Assembly: GCA_964016885.1 (NCBI GenBank) | Contig: OZ024742.1 | Location: 79,608,001-79,672,000, forward strand | Reading direction: 5' to 3' | DNA length: 64,000 nt | Origin: Eledone cirrhosa | Lineage: Eukaryota | In this document: positions 1-12,949 of the stretch, in pieces | How positions within the stretch are numbered: the stretch's first letter is position 1 | Layout of the letters: every line of letters starts with the position of its first letter | Made by a program: the position numbers and the translations under genes | Notes under the pieces: generated by a model | Database searches by the model: none | What the model was told of the DNA's origin: nothing | Seen by the model: the letters and a program-made list of their open reading frames with translations, nothing else

Positions 1-792
1 GTGGCTAGCAGGGGCGACGACACCCTTGGAGAGTCGCTAGGCATGGAGGAGGACGAACTGGCCAGCATGTTCGGTAGAACTTTCGGCCCGGGACCCATGG
101 ACAACTTCCAGATGTCCCTAGCCTGGCAGTGCTACCGGGGGGCTCTGCCCGTTCGAGAAAAGCTCTACAGACACGTGCGCCCGGGCAGGGATCCCGCGAA
201 AAAGATCTGTCCCAGATGCGTGCACGACGAGGAAACCGTTGCGCACGCACTGGTACACTGCCCGGGCGTTGCCGATCTGTGGGACTACGTCGAACGACTG
301 CTGTCGCGTGTGGCGCCGATTCGATTGGCCGCCGAGTCCGTGGTGAACATCAAGCAGCATCCTCCCTTCAGAAATGAAGCAGAGGCGGTCTTTCTGTGCG
401 TAATAGCCATGATGAAAGAGGTTGTGTGGTGGACGCGCCTGAAAGGTCTGAGGTCGGGTGACTTTCTCTCCGGCCAACACCTGGTTTACTTCTTCCAATA
501 CCACTTCGGAAGAAGGATCAGGATGAAGAGAGAAGTGCTTGGCCCCAGACAGTTTTATGAAAGGTGGGTGAAAGGGCGAGAATGGCTCGTGTAAATGGGC
601 CTCCTCTCTGGGCTTCCCCCGGGAAAAGGGTTGCACACTTTTCGGGGGTATGTGCAATCCCCAACACGCCCCCTCCCTTTTATTATTATATTATTTTTAT
701 TGTTATTCCTTTTTTTCTTTACTCGCATTTATGTAAACTCCCCCCTGTGTATCTGTCCCCTTCTTTTGTGCCCTCGTGGCAAATAAATAGAA
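1..792 (+). mobile_element. 3' end of a Tx1/L1-clade non-LTR retrotransposon (ORF2 C-terminal zinc-binding region plus 3' UTR); runs off the window start
   Basis: ORF 1..594 (CPRC...ETVAHALVHC) is closely similar to 34192-34815. The 3' UTR is homologous to 34816-35031 and ends AATAAATAGAAA before (CTAT)n/(CT)n. A small deletion near 570 shifts the last codons. Confidence 0.93.
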
Positions 793-825
<33 letters not shown>

Positions 826-1124
826 ATATCTCTCTCTCCCGCTCTCGCTCTATCTCTCTCTCTCTCACTTTCACTACTTCTCCTTACCCTTTGGCTGTCC
901 AGATACACTTACTAGTGTCTAGCCTCTAATTTCTCCATCAGACCAGTTTACTTTTATGATAAACTCAACCAAAGCACTACCAAGACGTGTGACCTATTTT
1001 CTCAAACTCTAAAAATATTACTACACCATCGTAAAGGCTTGCTGAACACACAAACTGAAACCGCTTGAAATCTCGATCGGGATTTTACATCTCGCTCCCT
1101 CGCGCTTTCTCGCTCTCTTACTCC

Positions 1125-1187
<63 letters not shown>

Positions 1188-1188
<1 letters not shown>

Positions 1189-2183
1189 CAACTAGAAATA
1201 GATTGACATATATATATATCAAATAGACATATGAAACAATCACAGGGAATAATTTGTAAAGTATGTAAGCACACACAGCTAGGTAGGTAACTAATTAAAG
1301 TTTAACTAGAACTTCAAATATAGATACCATTTAAAATGATTAATCTCCTTTAAATAAAAAATATATTTCACCAATTAATCGGTAAATCACAGTAGTCAAA
1401 TTTCGGATGGTCACCAAAGGAGAAGATCCAACCATCTGTGTTTACATAGCAAATGCAAATCTGTGAATGACTCGTACCACGTGTTGCATTTTTAAAAAAA
1501 TACACACATCGCACAGCGTCATCCCAGTGGCGTGAATAGGATTATCGACAGATAGAAATAGCAGCTGAGTCCATTCAACTGAGTTAGCTCTACAATTAAG
1601 GGGCCGTATATATATCCAAAATTAAATTAAGGGTGTCATGTCTGAGAGACATGCGCCATATCCACTGCAGAATAAGCTCAAATATTCCAATGAATATATC
1701 CGAGCATTTTATATCAACTAGAAATAGATTGACATATATATATATAAAATAAACATATGAAACAATCACAGGGAATAATTTGTAAAGTATGTAAGCACAT
1801 CATAGCTAGGTAGGTAACTAATTAAAGTTTAACTAGAACTTCAAACATTGATATCTTTTAAAATGATTAATCTCCTTTGTATATATTTCTTTAAATAAAA
1901 AATATATTTCACCAATTAATCGGTAAATCGCAGTAGTCAAATCCAGGATGGTCGCTAACTCTGTTGAATGGATTCGGTTGCTATTTCTAGCTGTCGATAA
2001 TCCTATTCACGCCACTGGGATGACGCTGTGCGATGTGTGTATTTAAAAAAAAAATGCAACACGTGATACGAGTCATTCACAGATTTGCATTTGCTGTGTA
2101 AACACAGATAGTTGGATCTTCTCCTTTGGTGAACATCCGTGATTTGACTACTGTGATTTACCGATTAATTGGTGAAATATATT
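1188..2183. mobile_element. Non-coding repeat 'family X': ~526-bp unit, partial tandem copy, then an inverted segment; starts at a (TA)n tract
   Basis: tcaactagaaatagattgac occurs at 1188 and 1714. 1954-2183 is the reverse complement of ~1361-1588. Related pieces lie at 11875-12422 and 38995-39080. Confidence 0.85.
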
Positions 2184-2524
2184 GTTTGCCTTTGTGACTT
2201 GTTAATGGACATGGCAAAACATGGTCTCACCGGGAATTGGGATCGCCGGAAATCGAACGGGATAGCTGACGCCGAGGGGAAAAGGCTCATCCTTGGCAGT
2301 GTATTCGGTAGAATTGCCAGAAGTACAACACTATGGGTGTTGTGATATTAATATTTAACCAATTAAAGTCGTAAAAAATAAATAATTTAAACATTCCGAT
2401 TCATAAGTCTATAGCATTAATCTGTTATATGAAGTGTTATTTTGCGGGTTGTTATTTGCAATAAGCCGATTTAAAATGCCCCCAAAAAGCCGTATGTCAA
2501 TACGGAACTCCAATGACTCCCCCA

Positions 2525-2710
2525 GCAGTTAAACTATAGAGAGGGGGAATAATATATTATAGAGAGAGGGCAGAGCAACGGAGAGAGTAAATCTAAGAAA
2601 CTATAGGGAGGAGTGTTAAATCTCAAAACATGAAGAGAGTAAAGCAGTTAAATTATAGAGAGGGGGAATGATCTATTATAGAGAGAGGGAAGAGCGACGG
2701 CGAGAGTAAA
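2525..2710. repeat. Dispersed direct repeat, ~67-bp copies spaced ~118 bp apart
   Basis: gcagttaaa(c/t)tatagagagggggaat...gagagtaaa at 2525 and 2643. Confidence 0.8.
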
Positions 2711-2817
2711 GCTATGTTTGTTGTTGTATAAATTGATGTGTTGCTTAGTTTTCAAAGTTTATGTCGCGTTCCTGAACGAAGTTTTGTCGCTGTTGTAAAC
2801 TGTAATGGTGATAGGGT

Positions 2818-2963
2818 AGTAGAGGGATGCATTAACCTTTTAAAGAGAGTTGCAGAGGAGATTGAGAGGGGAGTAGAGGGAGGGATGAACCTTTTAAAGA
2901 GAGTTGCAGAGGAGATTGAGAGAGGAGTAGAGGGATGGATGAACCTTTTAAAGAGAGTTGCAA
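2818..2963. repeat. 54-bp minisatellite, ~2.7 copies
   Basis: agaggg...aaccttttaaagagagttgcagaggagattgagag units start at 2821, 2875 and 2929. Confidence 0.92.
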
Positions 2964-3281
2964 CATGTATGTAGTTTCATAGATTGTTGAGAGTAGTAGA
3001 GAGAGGGAGTAAGCGTGTAAGAGAGAGGGTGACAGCATGTATTTAGTTTTATCGATTTTTTTCATAGAAGCAGGAAATGTTTGGGAAAGTTTATTACGCG
3101 TTGACCATCGTTGGTAAATTTGGAGCACATTGGAAAAGAAAATCATCAAAATCGGTAGAGAAATGTGAAAATGCATAAAAATCACACACACACACACACA
3201 CACACAGACAGACATCTTCCGTTATATATATAGAGAGAGATGATTATATCAAAACCGAATGATGATAACTTTGAACGGGTA

Positions 3282-3508
3282 TTAACCCTTATGATTTACA
3301 TTACTATATATATACTATTGTATTTTTGGGGTAAATACTTTATCTTACATAATATCTCACATAATATCAAATCTATGAGATTTTGATATTATATATTTTG
3401 AGAACATAAACTTAACATCAGTATGAGTGGTCAGATATGACCATTCTGAAAAGAAAGAGGTGAGAACATTTTGGCTGGATATAGCCGGTTTGAATGCTAA
3501 AGGGTTAA
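3282..3508. mobile_element. piggyBac-type MITE
   Basis: TTAA-CCCTT ... AAGGG-TTAA termini; ~227 bp and non-coding. Confidence 0.65.
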
Positions 3509-3544
3509 TGCTGTATCCAGCAGTTGTATTTCAGAAAAATTAGA

Positions 3545-3899
3545 ATACAATGTCTTCTCTCTCAACAGTACATGTGCTTTTGAAACAGTTTATCAGATTA
3601 AGGCATTTTTTTCAAATAACAAGAAAAATTCTACAACGATCTTTTGAAAATCACGTTTAAAACATGAAATAGTCAGAAACGCACCTCGTCATCTAATCAT
3701 TCAAAACGCCTGGAGTTTAACAGATGATACTATTAATATCTATAGCATCAATCAGTTCGTCCTGGAAGATACATATCTCTATATTAGTGGCACCAAAAAT
3801 TGTCATATTTGTCTTTCGGAAAAATCTAATATATTAAAGAGTCTCGTAACTTTGAACAACAGATCAGATTTGATGGAATCTTGCAGACATTTCCATTAA
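3545..3899 (+). pseudogene. Decayed PLE GIY-YIG endonuclease C-terminus
   Basis: 3789-3899 translates GTKNCHICLSEKSNILKSLVTLNNRSDLMESCRHFH*, matching the CxxC..EK...LN....CxH tail of the PLE ORFs at 8255, 42039 and 56074. Confidence 0.8.
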
Positions 3900-4604
3900 T
3901 ATTCAGTCAATAATTTACAAACACCAACTGGAAAACGATTTGTTTTCCGTGTATTAATTTTGCTATTTTATGAAAAGTAATTGCACAAAGAAAAATAAAC
4001 AAACCTTTAGTTATTCTTCTAGAGTTAAACGTAATACACAATAACCACCTTCCCACTGTTGCATGGGTTACGCATTTGATACCTGTATGATAAAAAAATT
4101 AACGAACACACGGTTTCTTCATCTGCAAATCAAAGAGAAAATTCAAGTAATGATAGCTCATATTTCTACTCTATATCCGTAAATTATGTCGTAAGAATAT
4201 CTCACGGTAAATAATAAACATTTGCATATAGCGGTATGAGAAAACATCCACTGTTATGATATTAGGTGGGCGTGGTGTTGAGCGTCGGACATACACACAT
4301 ACACACTCCCTACACCACATACATACCACACTATATATATTCATATATATGTTATTAATGTTATTCAATAATTTTATTGATTAATGTTAGCTTACCAATA
4401 TGAGCATTCGATGCTACATCAGAGTGTATATTAAATTTGATACGCCAAAGTTTCACTATAATTGCTTTTATTGAATATCGACCATTACATACGTTTCACA
4501 TATTTTTGGCTCGAAATCTATATCAATGTGATAGACCTGAATCCAGCATCCATCTGATCGTCAGACCTGTGGACGTAATTGAAAACAATTTACATCGTAG
4601 CCTG

Positions 4605-4648
<44 letters not shown>

Positions 4649-5269
4649 CAGGTATTCCCTGTTTACAATATTAGTGTAACATTTGCGTGGGTATATCGTG
4701 TAGGGGTTGATCAAATAGTGATTGTGTCTAGCAGGGTCAGCGTTGGAGCACGCGTCAAAACCTTCGACCTGTTATTAGTTGTCTACAACAGCAAGAACTA
4801 CGATACTATCAGATGCGAAGTTATTATGTTTGGAAGTCTTTACGTTGAGGTGGGGAGAAGTTATATATATTGAAGTCCCAAAATAGGATGGAGTACGAGT
4901 GAGTTGAAATTGAGTGGAGAAGAGAAAGAAAAAAAAAAAAACAATGAGAAATTATGTTACCTTGGAAATGTTTTTTAAACATACTATCCATTACCAAATG
5001 ATTCATTAGGAACCTCAGAAAAATGTCGGGGAGGCTTTGTATATGTCTCTGCGTGGTTGGAGTTGGGGTGAGGACTGACGGACATCCACGCACATAACAA
5101 GCATGCGTGTGGGATTGACGAAGGCTAGTGGGCAGGTAGTATATTATTAAATGTGGCAGACTGAATTGTCTTATCTTCGAAGTGACAATCGCCCTGTTTA
5201 CCCTTCCTTCGTTGTTCTACCAGTCAATATTTCCGTTGCTGTGTAGTTTGTTTACTGAACTTATTTCAT

Positions 5270-5455
5270 TGGATTGGCAGTATCGGTAGAGGATCGAATG
5301 CCATGCTTTGACGCATAGACTTACGGCCCTTGCCATTCTGAGTTCAAATCCGGCCGAGGTTAACTTTGCCTTTCATCCTTACGGGGTCGATAAAATAAAG
5401 TACCAGTAATATACTGAGTAATTGGTGGCCTTGTGCCAAAAGTAGAAACAATTAT
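5270..5455 (+). mobile_element. tRNA-derived SINE with a Nin/Deu-like central domain (octopus OR-type)
   Basis: B-box gagttcaaatcc, then gcctttcatccttacggggtcgataaaataaagtaccag; about 8 related copies in the window. Confidence 0.85.
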
Positions 5456-5599
5456 TTCATTATTTCATTATTTATTTATTATATATCTATTTACTTATTT
5501 TGTATTTACTTATTTACTGATTTATATATTTTTATATTTATTTATTTATTCATTTATATAATTATTTTAATTGGGGGGGGGGGGGGGGGGTCAGATTAG

Positions 5600-7130
5600 C
5601 CATCGTGGCTTGCTTGCTTCCTGCATGTCTTTGATGGGCTGATCTAGTTGCTTTATCAAAAGGAATTCCTTGATCTGCAGTCTGCATTTGTAAACTTCAG
5701 TGGCTTGTATCATGGTGGCAAGGCTCTTGCTTTTGTTTCTGCATTTAGGAACGTATTCATTAATTCTAATATACAGGGGGTCTAATTGTACTTTCAATAT
5801 CACAATCACTACACTTATCGCACTCTAGTTTGTAAAGTATGTATATACTGAGGAAATAATCTGTTTGTGGACGGGGCAGTTTCTAAGGTAGCACGTGTTC
5901 TCTTCGATGCGAGGCTGTTTTCTGGATAGGAATCATAGCAGAGACGGTCAGAAGTGGCTTAGTTTGATATTCTTAGCCTCTCTTCGGATATCCTTGTGGA
6001 TAGCGCTGGAGGTTTTATGGCCAGGGTGTATGATTTTAAGGAAGCAACTGTTGGTCAAGCTGTTCCGTTTTCTGGGCATGTGCTTGGGTGTAAGAGACTC
6101 TACGTTCGACATCGCTGGCTCTGCTTTTTATCCGTGTGATTTCGTTTTCGATGTATCCTCTTTTGGCATTGTTTGGGAAAAAAAATTGTAGTGGAGGTAT
6201 AGGTTAGCGCAAGCCACTTTACAGTAGAACTGGGTGTTGATTCAGCTGCATTCCCTGATGTTTTGTCAGTCGGAAGTTGAGAGGTGCAAGGGATCCAGTA
6301 TCAGAAGGAGGCTCCATACTGAATGTGACATGCTCTTCAGTTTTGCTGCTCCACTCGAGGATCCTGTTGGTCATCTCGTATGTACATATGAGAAGATGGA
6401 TATGGTTCAGATATCTCACGGAGAAGGCGATCAAAAGCAGATATTGAGTGCTCTACGTTCAAGCTGGTCAATGTATGATACAAGTAGTATCCCGGATAAG
6501 CTGGATTCCAATGAATAGTCCCGACGTCTATCGGTATGCTTGAATGAGGGAGTTGAAGAATTAGTTGTTTATGACAACGAATAGAAGCGTGTAGAAATCG
6601 ATAGAGGTGGCACCGGAGCAGTGCGAATTGGTGGATTGGATGGATTCTGTCAGTATGTCTCCACCCGAGAGTGCCGTTACTGAAGTATAGCATGAGGATA
6701 TCACGTTGTGGCTGAAGGTATACCATCTTTTCTTGTGAGTGCCAGGCTCCTATTGTTGGAATCACTTGATGACTTCATTACTTCATCCAAACTGTTTACG
6801 TGACCCGGAAAGTTTGTTAAAATTCTGCACATGGGATCTTATCCTCCGGTCCTTCTACACCTGGGCTTGATTATGAAATCCGGTCCTTCCCACTGTATTT
6901 TGAAGTGCTAAACGGTGGGTAGTCTGCTGTTCCTTGCTAAAAAGTTGTTTTTGAATCTGTTAGAAGTATTCGCCGGTCGCACATATTAGTCCTGATATTG
7001 TCGATTCAGATTTCGACCAGCGTCTGTGTAATCTCCGTGGCCTCTTAAGAACAATACAAGAGTCTCCAAAATAATAGTTGAGAATATCTGGTAAAATACC
7101 TCTAGAGATGGAAGAAATGTAGAGTGATGT
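5600..7130 (-). pseudogene. Heavily decayed Penelope/Poseidon-like RT plus GIY-YIG remnant
   Basis: FSVRYLNHI...VTFSME..DTGSLAPLNF resembles RYVDDI...FTME...LPFLD. Downstream are YILYKLECDKC and LYIRINEY (GIY-YIG-like). Many stops and frameshifts. Confidence 0.55.
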
Positions 7131-7849
7131 GCTTGCGAGTATTCGAAAGCCGTATCTCAGTTACATAACGTTCTCTATTTTATTTAAATGAACACAGCAA
7201 ACAAAATATTGAGAACGAATATATCTTTTTTTTTCTACAATTATTTGGCATACCAATTTAGAATACTGCGATGCTGGAAAGAATGAAAGCAGGAATGAAT
7301 TAAACAATCACTATACGACAAATTGTCTACGAAAGCTGTTTTTGAACCTTATTCCTGCAATAGATTCTAAAGAATCTTGTAAATTGCAGATAATGTTAAA
7401 CACCTACAATTCACAAGACAGACTGGGCAAGCTATAGACATAAAAAATAAAATTTAAAATGTTTTAGCAAACATAATTAGTAATACGCAATTATTACTCT
7501 AATTAAAATCTATTACTGTTATATAGTTTCTTATTTTCCATACGTCTAATTTTTACTATAATTTCTTGCACAATTTTATTTCTTATCACACCAAATATAT
7601 ATACCTGTACAGACACCAATTCTCACATATACATATATATATATAATAGTAATAATAATAAATTTGAAGACTAAAATCCAAAGAGGGCTCGATAAGGAAA
7701 ATATATATCAAATATATAAGAACCGTAGAGCAAATATTTATTAAAATAACAGATTAAAGTTTAAGCAAAGAATTGCTGCTTTCACCCTTAACGGGATCTT
7801 CTGAAACTAAAAAAAATAATCTGTGAACGCAGAAGTAAATATTTCGAAA

Positions 7850-8548
7850 GACCTCGGAAAAATAGATCCCGACGCATTATATGGTATAACCCACCATATA
7901 ATATGCAGGTGGCCACACCATTAGCTAACATCTTTCTCTCCCTTATTACGAAGCATTTCCCCCCAGCATATAAATATAGTAAAATTGTTAATAGAAATAC
8001 CATTAAAATTTCTTACTCTACGACTCCTAACCTTGCACATAACATCAAGCTTCAAATTTAGCTAAATTACCTAGCCGTCGGAACACGTGCAACCCTGTAG
8101 CTAGTACTAACTGTAATTGTAGGAATCGGATTGACTGCCCCTATCCAGGAAATGTCTCTCTAGTAACATTGTCTACAAATGTAAGGTTGAAACACCCACG
8201 TCCCGTAGGGCCTACATAGGGTTAACCGCCAATAGATTCAAGCAGCGTCTTTACATGCATACCCATTCTTTTCTTAACCCTTTAAGAAGGAATATGACGT
8301 CACTTTCAGCTTATATCTGGAGTCTAAAAGACAACCACACCCAATATAAGTTACACTGGGAGATCCTAGTTAGGGCTAGATCGTATAACGGAAATAAAAG
8401 ACCATGTGACCTCTGCGCCGCTGAAGCCCTGGAAATACTCGACGCCAAAGACCACATCTTAAACAAAACATCTGAGGAAATTTTGGCTTGTAAACATAAA
8501 TTGCACAAAACTTTCCTGTATTACAGCCCCACATTATACCCTAAATGA
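7850..8548 (+). pseudogene. PLE linker plus GIY-YIG endonuclease, frameshifted
   Basis: RRIIWYNPPY...KISYSTTPN, CNCRNRIDCPYPG, IVYKCKV...AYIGLTANRFKQR, CDLCAAE...LNKTSEEILACKH. Confidence 0.9.
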
Positions 8549-8959
8549 TAGTACGAACTATACCCGGATATTTTACGTCTTGATGTGGTAGCTAAGTATA
8601 TGTTATGTTTATACCATTATTTATTTGTATAGGTAAGTATATATTACCTGTATGTTTTGTGAAGGTACGTATACTTTCCCGTACGTATATTTGCTTGTAT
8701 ATGCTATAGGCGTATATATTATATTATATATACTGGTACATGTGCATATGGTTATGTGTATACGTGAGTTTTGCGTCTGTGTGAGTATGCGGGTTAGTAC
8801 GTATATAGGGTGTGTGAATATGTGTACTTTGTGTTTTGGTTGACGTAGTTTAGCGAACATATGTGTATTTACATGTAGGTATGTGTGTGCGGGCGTTATA
8901 TACGTATTTATGTGTGTATATTTATATACATTTATATAATTATATGTATGCACACACAC

Positions 8960-9021
<62 letters not shown>

Positions 9022-9500
9022 TTATATTTTTATATATAATTTTATGTGTATTTGGTGTATACGTTCGTATGTGTGCGGGTACAAGCGTTGCGTGGGTTCT
9101 GTATGTGCGTGCGTGTTTTTTTTGTGTACGTGATTGTATATGCATACCCATGGCGGGTGTTTTCGCGTATGCATATGTATGTACGTATATGGATGCGTGC
9201 ATGTATATATTTATTTTTTGTTGATTTCAATTACCTATGTAATATATTTACATTATTCTTAACTCTGAAGCCGAGAATCATTTGGTTTTCTAAATAGAGT
9301 TTTTGTCTACGACTTCATTTATACCATAAACGTGGTTTTGTCTTTGCGTGTAATTGTTTACAACGCTCCAAATAATGACATATTATCTTCGTTTTTTCCC
9401 GTTCATTGCCAGGGAACGTTTCCACAAAGTATCGTCTTCGTATCTTCGGTTGCAACGTTTTTCGAAATATTTACTTCTGCGTTCACAGGTTGATTTTTTT

Positions 9501-9551
9501 AGTTTCAGAAGATCCCGTTAAGGGTGAAAGCAGCGATTCTTTGCTTAAACT
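9501..9551 (+). ncRNA. Type I hammerhead-like fold, U4A core variant (CAGAAGA), in the PLE-1 terminus
   Basis: agttt CAGAAGA tccc-gttaa-gggt GAAA gca-loop-tgc UU aaact. Copies at 7758-7808(-), 24735-24785(-) and ~38891-38941(+). Confidence 0.6.
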
Positions 9552-9596
9552 TTAATCTGTTATTTTAATAAATATATATAATATATATATATATAT

Positions 9597-10255
9597 ATAG
9601 AAATTTCGTATTTCTAAAGAAATACTGTTATAGGCAGCTGTAGCTATACAAACACCGGGAGGCTAACGCTCTCTGCTGGTGTCCAGCAGAAGCAAGGGGG
9701 ACAACCCTCTATGCATTTCAGGCTTGACTTGCCTTCATCAGGACGGTCCCTCTCACCGCTTGCTACTGCTGGACTTGAAAACAGTCAAGAATATATAGTT
9801 TTCCCGTCTGTGTAAATGAGGTGATTAATATCATTTGCATATGAAGCTGCATAAGTTGACTCATCTTATAATAAAAAATAAATAAGATTTCGCTTCAAGC
9901 ACAGCTTTATAAAATATGTATAGAAATTTCGTATTTCTAAAGAAACACGGTTTTAGGAAGCGGTAGCTATGCAAACAGTGGGGGACAACCGTCTATGCAT
10001 TTCAAGCTTGACTGGCCTGACTGTTTTCAAGTCCAGCAGTAGAAAGCGGTGGGAGGGGTGGTCGTGACGAAGGCCCGTCAAGCCCGAAATGCATAGACGG
10101 GTGTCCCCCTTGCTTCTGCTGGACACCACCAGAGGGCGCTATCCCCCCGGTGTTTGCATAGCTACGGCTTCCTAAAACCACAGTTCTTTAGAAATACGAA
10201 ATTTCTATACATATTGTATAAAGCTATGCTTGAAGCGAAATCTTATTTCTTTTGT
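9597..10255. mobile_element. Retrozyme-like non-autonomous element: 323-bp HHR-bearing unit, partial tandem copy and inverted copy
   Basis: atagaaatttcgtatttctaaagaaa at 9597 and 9920. 10017-10250 is the reverse complement of the unit and reads across the unit junction. An HHR motif is present in each copy. Confidence 0.8.
9703..9748 (-). ncRNA. Minimal type I hammerhead ribozyme with canonical core
   Basis: accgtc CTGATGA aggc-aagtcaa-gcct GAAA tgca TA ga(g)ggt. The sister copy at ~9988-10017 has gacggt, which completes helix I. Helix III is the palindrome AUGCAU. Confidence 0.88.
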
Positions 10256-10734
10256 ATATATAAAAAAAAAGGAACGATCGACTTTCGTCAAATCGGACCG
10301 AGGGAACAATGTTGGTCTTTCCAATTGCTAATACTATCTATCGGTCGCAACTCGGGATAGAATAACTTTCAAACTGGTTAGACCATTATTCAACAGTGTA
10401 CTAGAGTATGGTTACATTATAAAAAGTCTGGACCCGACAGCTGAGCTCGTGCTGTTTCAGCAGAGTCCGGAACTAGCTGTTGAAACGGCAAGAACTCAGC
10501 CGTCAATTACCGACTCTGTATAATATAATCATAATCTACTACCACACGCAGACTTCTTCTCAGCTTTTGCTCCCCGTAGAAACCTTTTTTACTTTTTTTG
10601 TTTTAGGAATGTGGCTATCAGGAAATCAATACATAATTATTGATTACATTACACACATGTTTTCTCTCGAGAGAACGACATTATCTGGAGAGAAAGAATT
10701 CCAGGATATGTTATATATTTTTTTGAAGCAGTTC

Positions 10735-11140
10735 TGATGAAATACTTCCAATGTCTACAAATCGTACAAGTGTTTTCCACGTCTCAAAGCAGCAAATATG
10801 TGAGGTTAAAACAAAAGAATGGTATACCCTAATCTTGATTAAATTTGCATTCCATGATGATCTGTTTTAGTTTCTTAAATGCTTCAGATACTCTCTGAAT
10901 CTCCAAAGAAATATCATTATCTGTGAGCTCGACTGACAGAACCCACTGCGAAAATATAAAACGTTGTCAACTGTATTCAATGTTTGCACTTTCAAATTAT
11001 AACTAGGGTTTCCCAAATTTATAGAAAGATCAAATGCATCAATGGAGGTATCAAAAGATGAAATAAGTGATTGAAGGTCATTTTTTGCATGGCGAATAAG
11101 GTCTGTATCAGCTGCGAAAAAGTGATATCTTACTATGGTA
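10735..11140 (-). pseudogene. RTE-clade LINE RT remnant
   Basis: YHFFAADTDLIRHAKNDLQSLISSF (LFADD-like) and TLNTVDNVLYF (L..V..F.YL-like). Confidence 0.6.
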
Positions 11141-11371
11141 AAACATACTTTTGATTTGGGCTTCAGTCGTCGATAAATTAAAAGCTGTCCGCTATCATTA
11201 AAAGCAATGCTACACAAGTTTGAAGCAATGCTACACAGTATATCACACATAAGATAAAGGTATCGAGGTCTTCCAGCATGTTGGTTCTTGGAGTGGGGTA
11301 GCCTCTAGATACTGTCACCTTACCTCGAAACATATCAAAGAGAAGGAATATATATATATATATAATAATAA

Positions 11372-11562
11372 TAATTGTTTCTACTTTTTGCACAAGGCCA
11401 GAAATTACCCATTGTGTTACTGGTACTTTATTTTATCGACCCCGTAAGGAGGAAAGGCAAAGTTAACCTCGGCGGGATTTGAACTCAGAATGGTAAGGGC
11501 CGTAACCCAATGCGTCAAAGCATGGCGTCCGACCCTCTACCGATACTGCCAATCCACCGCCC
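11372..11562 (-). mobile_element. tRNA-derived Nin-domain SINE
   Basis: Reverse complement of the 5270-5455 family, including the 5' ggcggtggattggcag head. Confidence 0.88.
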
Positions 11563-11874
11563 TATATATATATAACAATAATATTATTTATATTTATATA
11601 TATATACACTATATATAATTATAAACAGGAAAGGTCAGTAATTCATTACTACCTTATTACCAGTAAGAAAAATAGTAAATACATCAGATGTTTTACAGAG
11701 CTGGAATATAAATTACAGAATAATCAAATCTATGTTCAAAACATTTTATTGCTGACAATCGTTTCTTCCAAACTTTCGTGTAGAATCATTGGAGCACTAG
11801 CAAAGTTTAGACATATAATTAACCTCCTATTTGGTTGTTTCTTATATATATATGTATTAACATTAAATTAACGG

Positions 11875-11972
11875 GTTCATGTCTGAGAGACAGGCGACAT
11901 ATCCACTGCAGAATATGTTCAAAGATTCCTATGAATAAATCCGAGCATTTTATATTAACTAGAAATTGATTG

Positions 11973-12049
<77 letters not shown>

Positions 12050-12417
12050 AAACAAACGTATGAAACAATCACAGGGAATAATTTGTAAAGTGTGTAAGCA
12101 CACACAGCTAGGTAGGTAATTAATTAAAGTTTAACTAGAACTTCAAATATATATACCTTTTAAATGGATTAATCTCTTTGTATATATATCTCATTAAATA
12201 AAGAAATATATTTCACCATCAATCGGTAAATCACAGTAGTGACATATATACAAAGGATATTAATCATTTTATAGGTATCTTTATTTGAAGTTCTAGTTAA
12301 ACTTTAATTAGTTAACTACCTAGCTGTGTGTGCTTACACACTTTACAGATTATTCCCTGTGATTGTGTCATATGTTTATTTTATATATATATATATATAT
12401 GTCAATCAATTTCTAAT

Positions 12418-12422
<5 letters not shown>
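11875..12422. mobile_element. Family X fold-back copy
   Basis: 11875-12243 matches ~1635-1938 with an expanded (CA)n; 12243-12422 is an inverted copy of part of it. Confidence 0.8.
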
Positions 12423-12494
<72 letters not shown>

Positions 12495-12619
12495 GGAAAA
12501 GAGTCAGGACCTCCACGGATGATCTCCGGTCGTTTCGACAGCTAGAACTTAGACACCAGTATTAGAACGGCGGGAATCTAGCTGAATTTATCAAGGGGTA
12601 CAATCCATATATGGGCATA

Positions 12620-12949
12620 TATAAAGGGTTAAGACCTCCTTCGGTCACGAATGACCATGGGATATGCCTCCTCCGAGGCACAAGTCCGGGCAAAGTTGTT
12701 TGTGGAAAATCAGCAGTTGCTCACGCATACCAGCCTCCCCTCTCCACGCCACTCATGATGTCCAACGGAAAGGCAATGACCGATACAGGTCGACACAAGT
12801 GACATCGCAATTCATTTCTACACGTGAGTAAACTGGAACAACGTAAGATAAAGTGTCTAGCTCACGGACAAAACGCACCACCGGTCCGATAATCGAACTC
12901 ACAACCTTCCGATTGTAGCCTAATGCTCTTACCACTAAGCCATGCGCCT
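12620..12949 (-). mobile_element. tRNA-derived SINE with a Meta-like central domain
   Basis: Minus strand: aggcgcatggcttagtggt (A-box) ... gagttcgattatc (B-box) ... gtccgtgagctagacactttatc. Fragments also at 44380-44480 and 61570-61757. Confidence 0.75.

Larger units (their letters stand above)
7645..9575 (+). mobile_element. PLE-1: 5'-truncated Penelope-like element with an inverted copy of its 3' end at the 5' junction
   Basis: GIY-YIG coding remnant at ~7850-8548; 7737-7848 is the reverse complement of ~9460-9572; TA-rich flanks. Confidence 0.9.
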
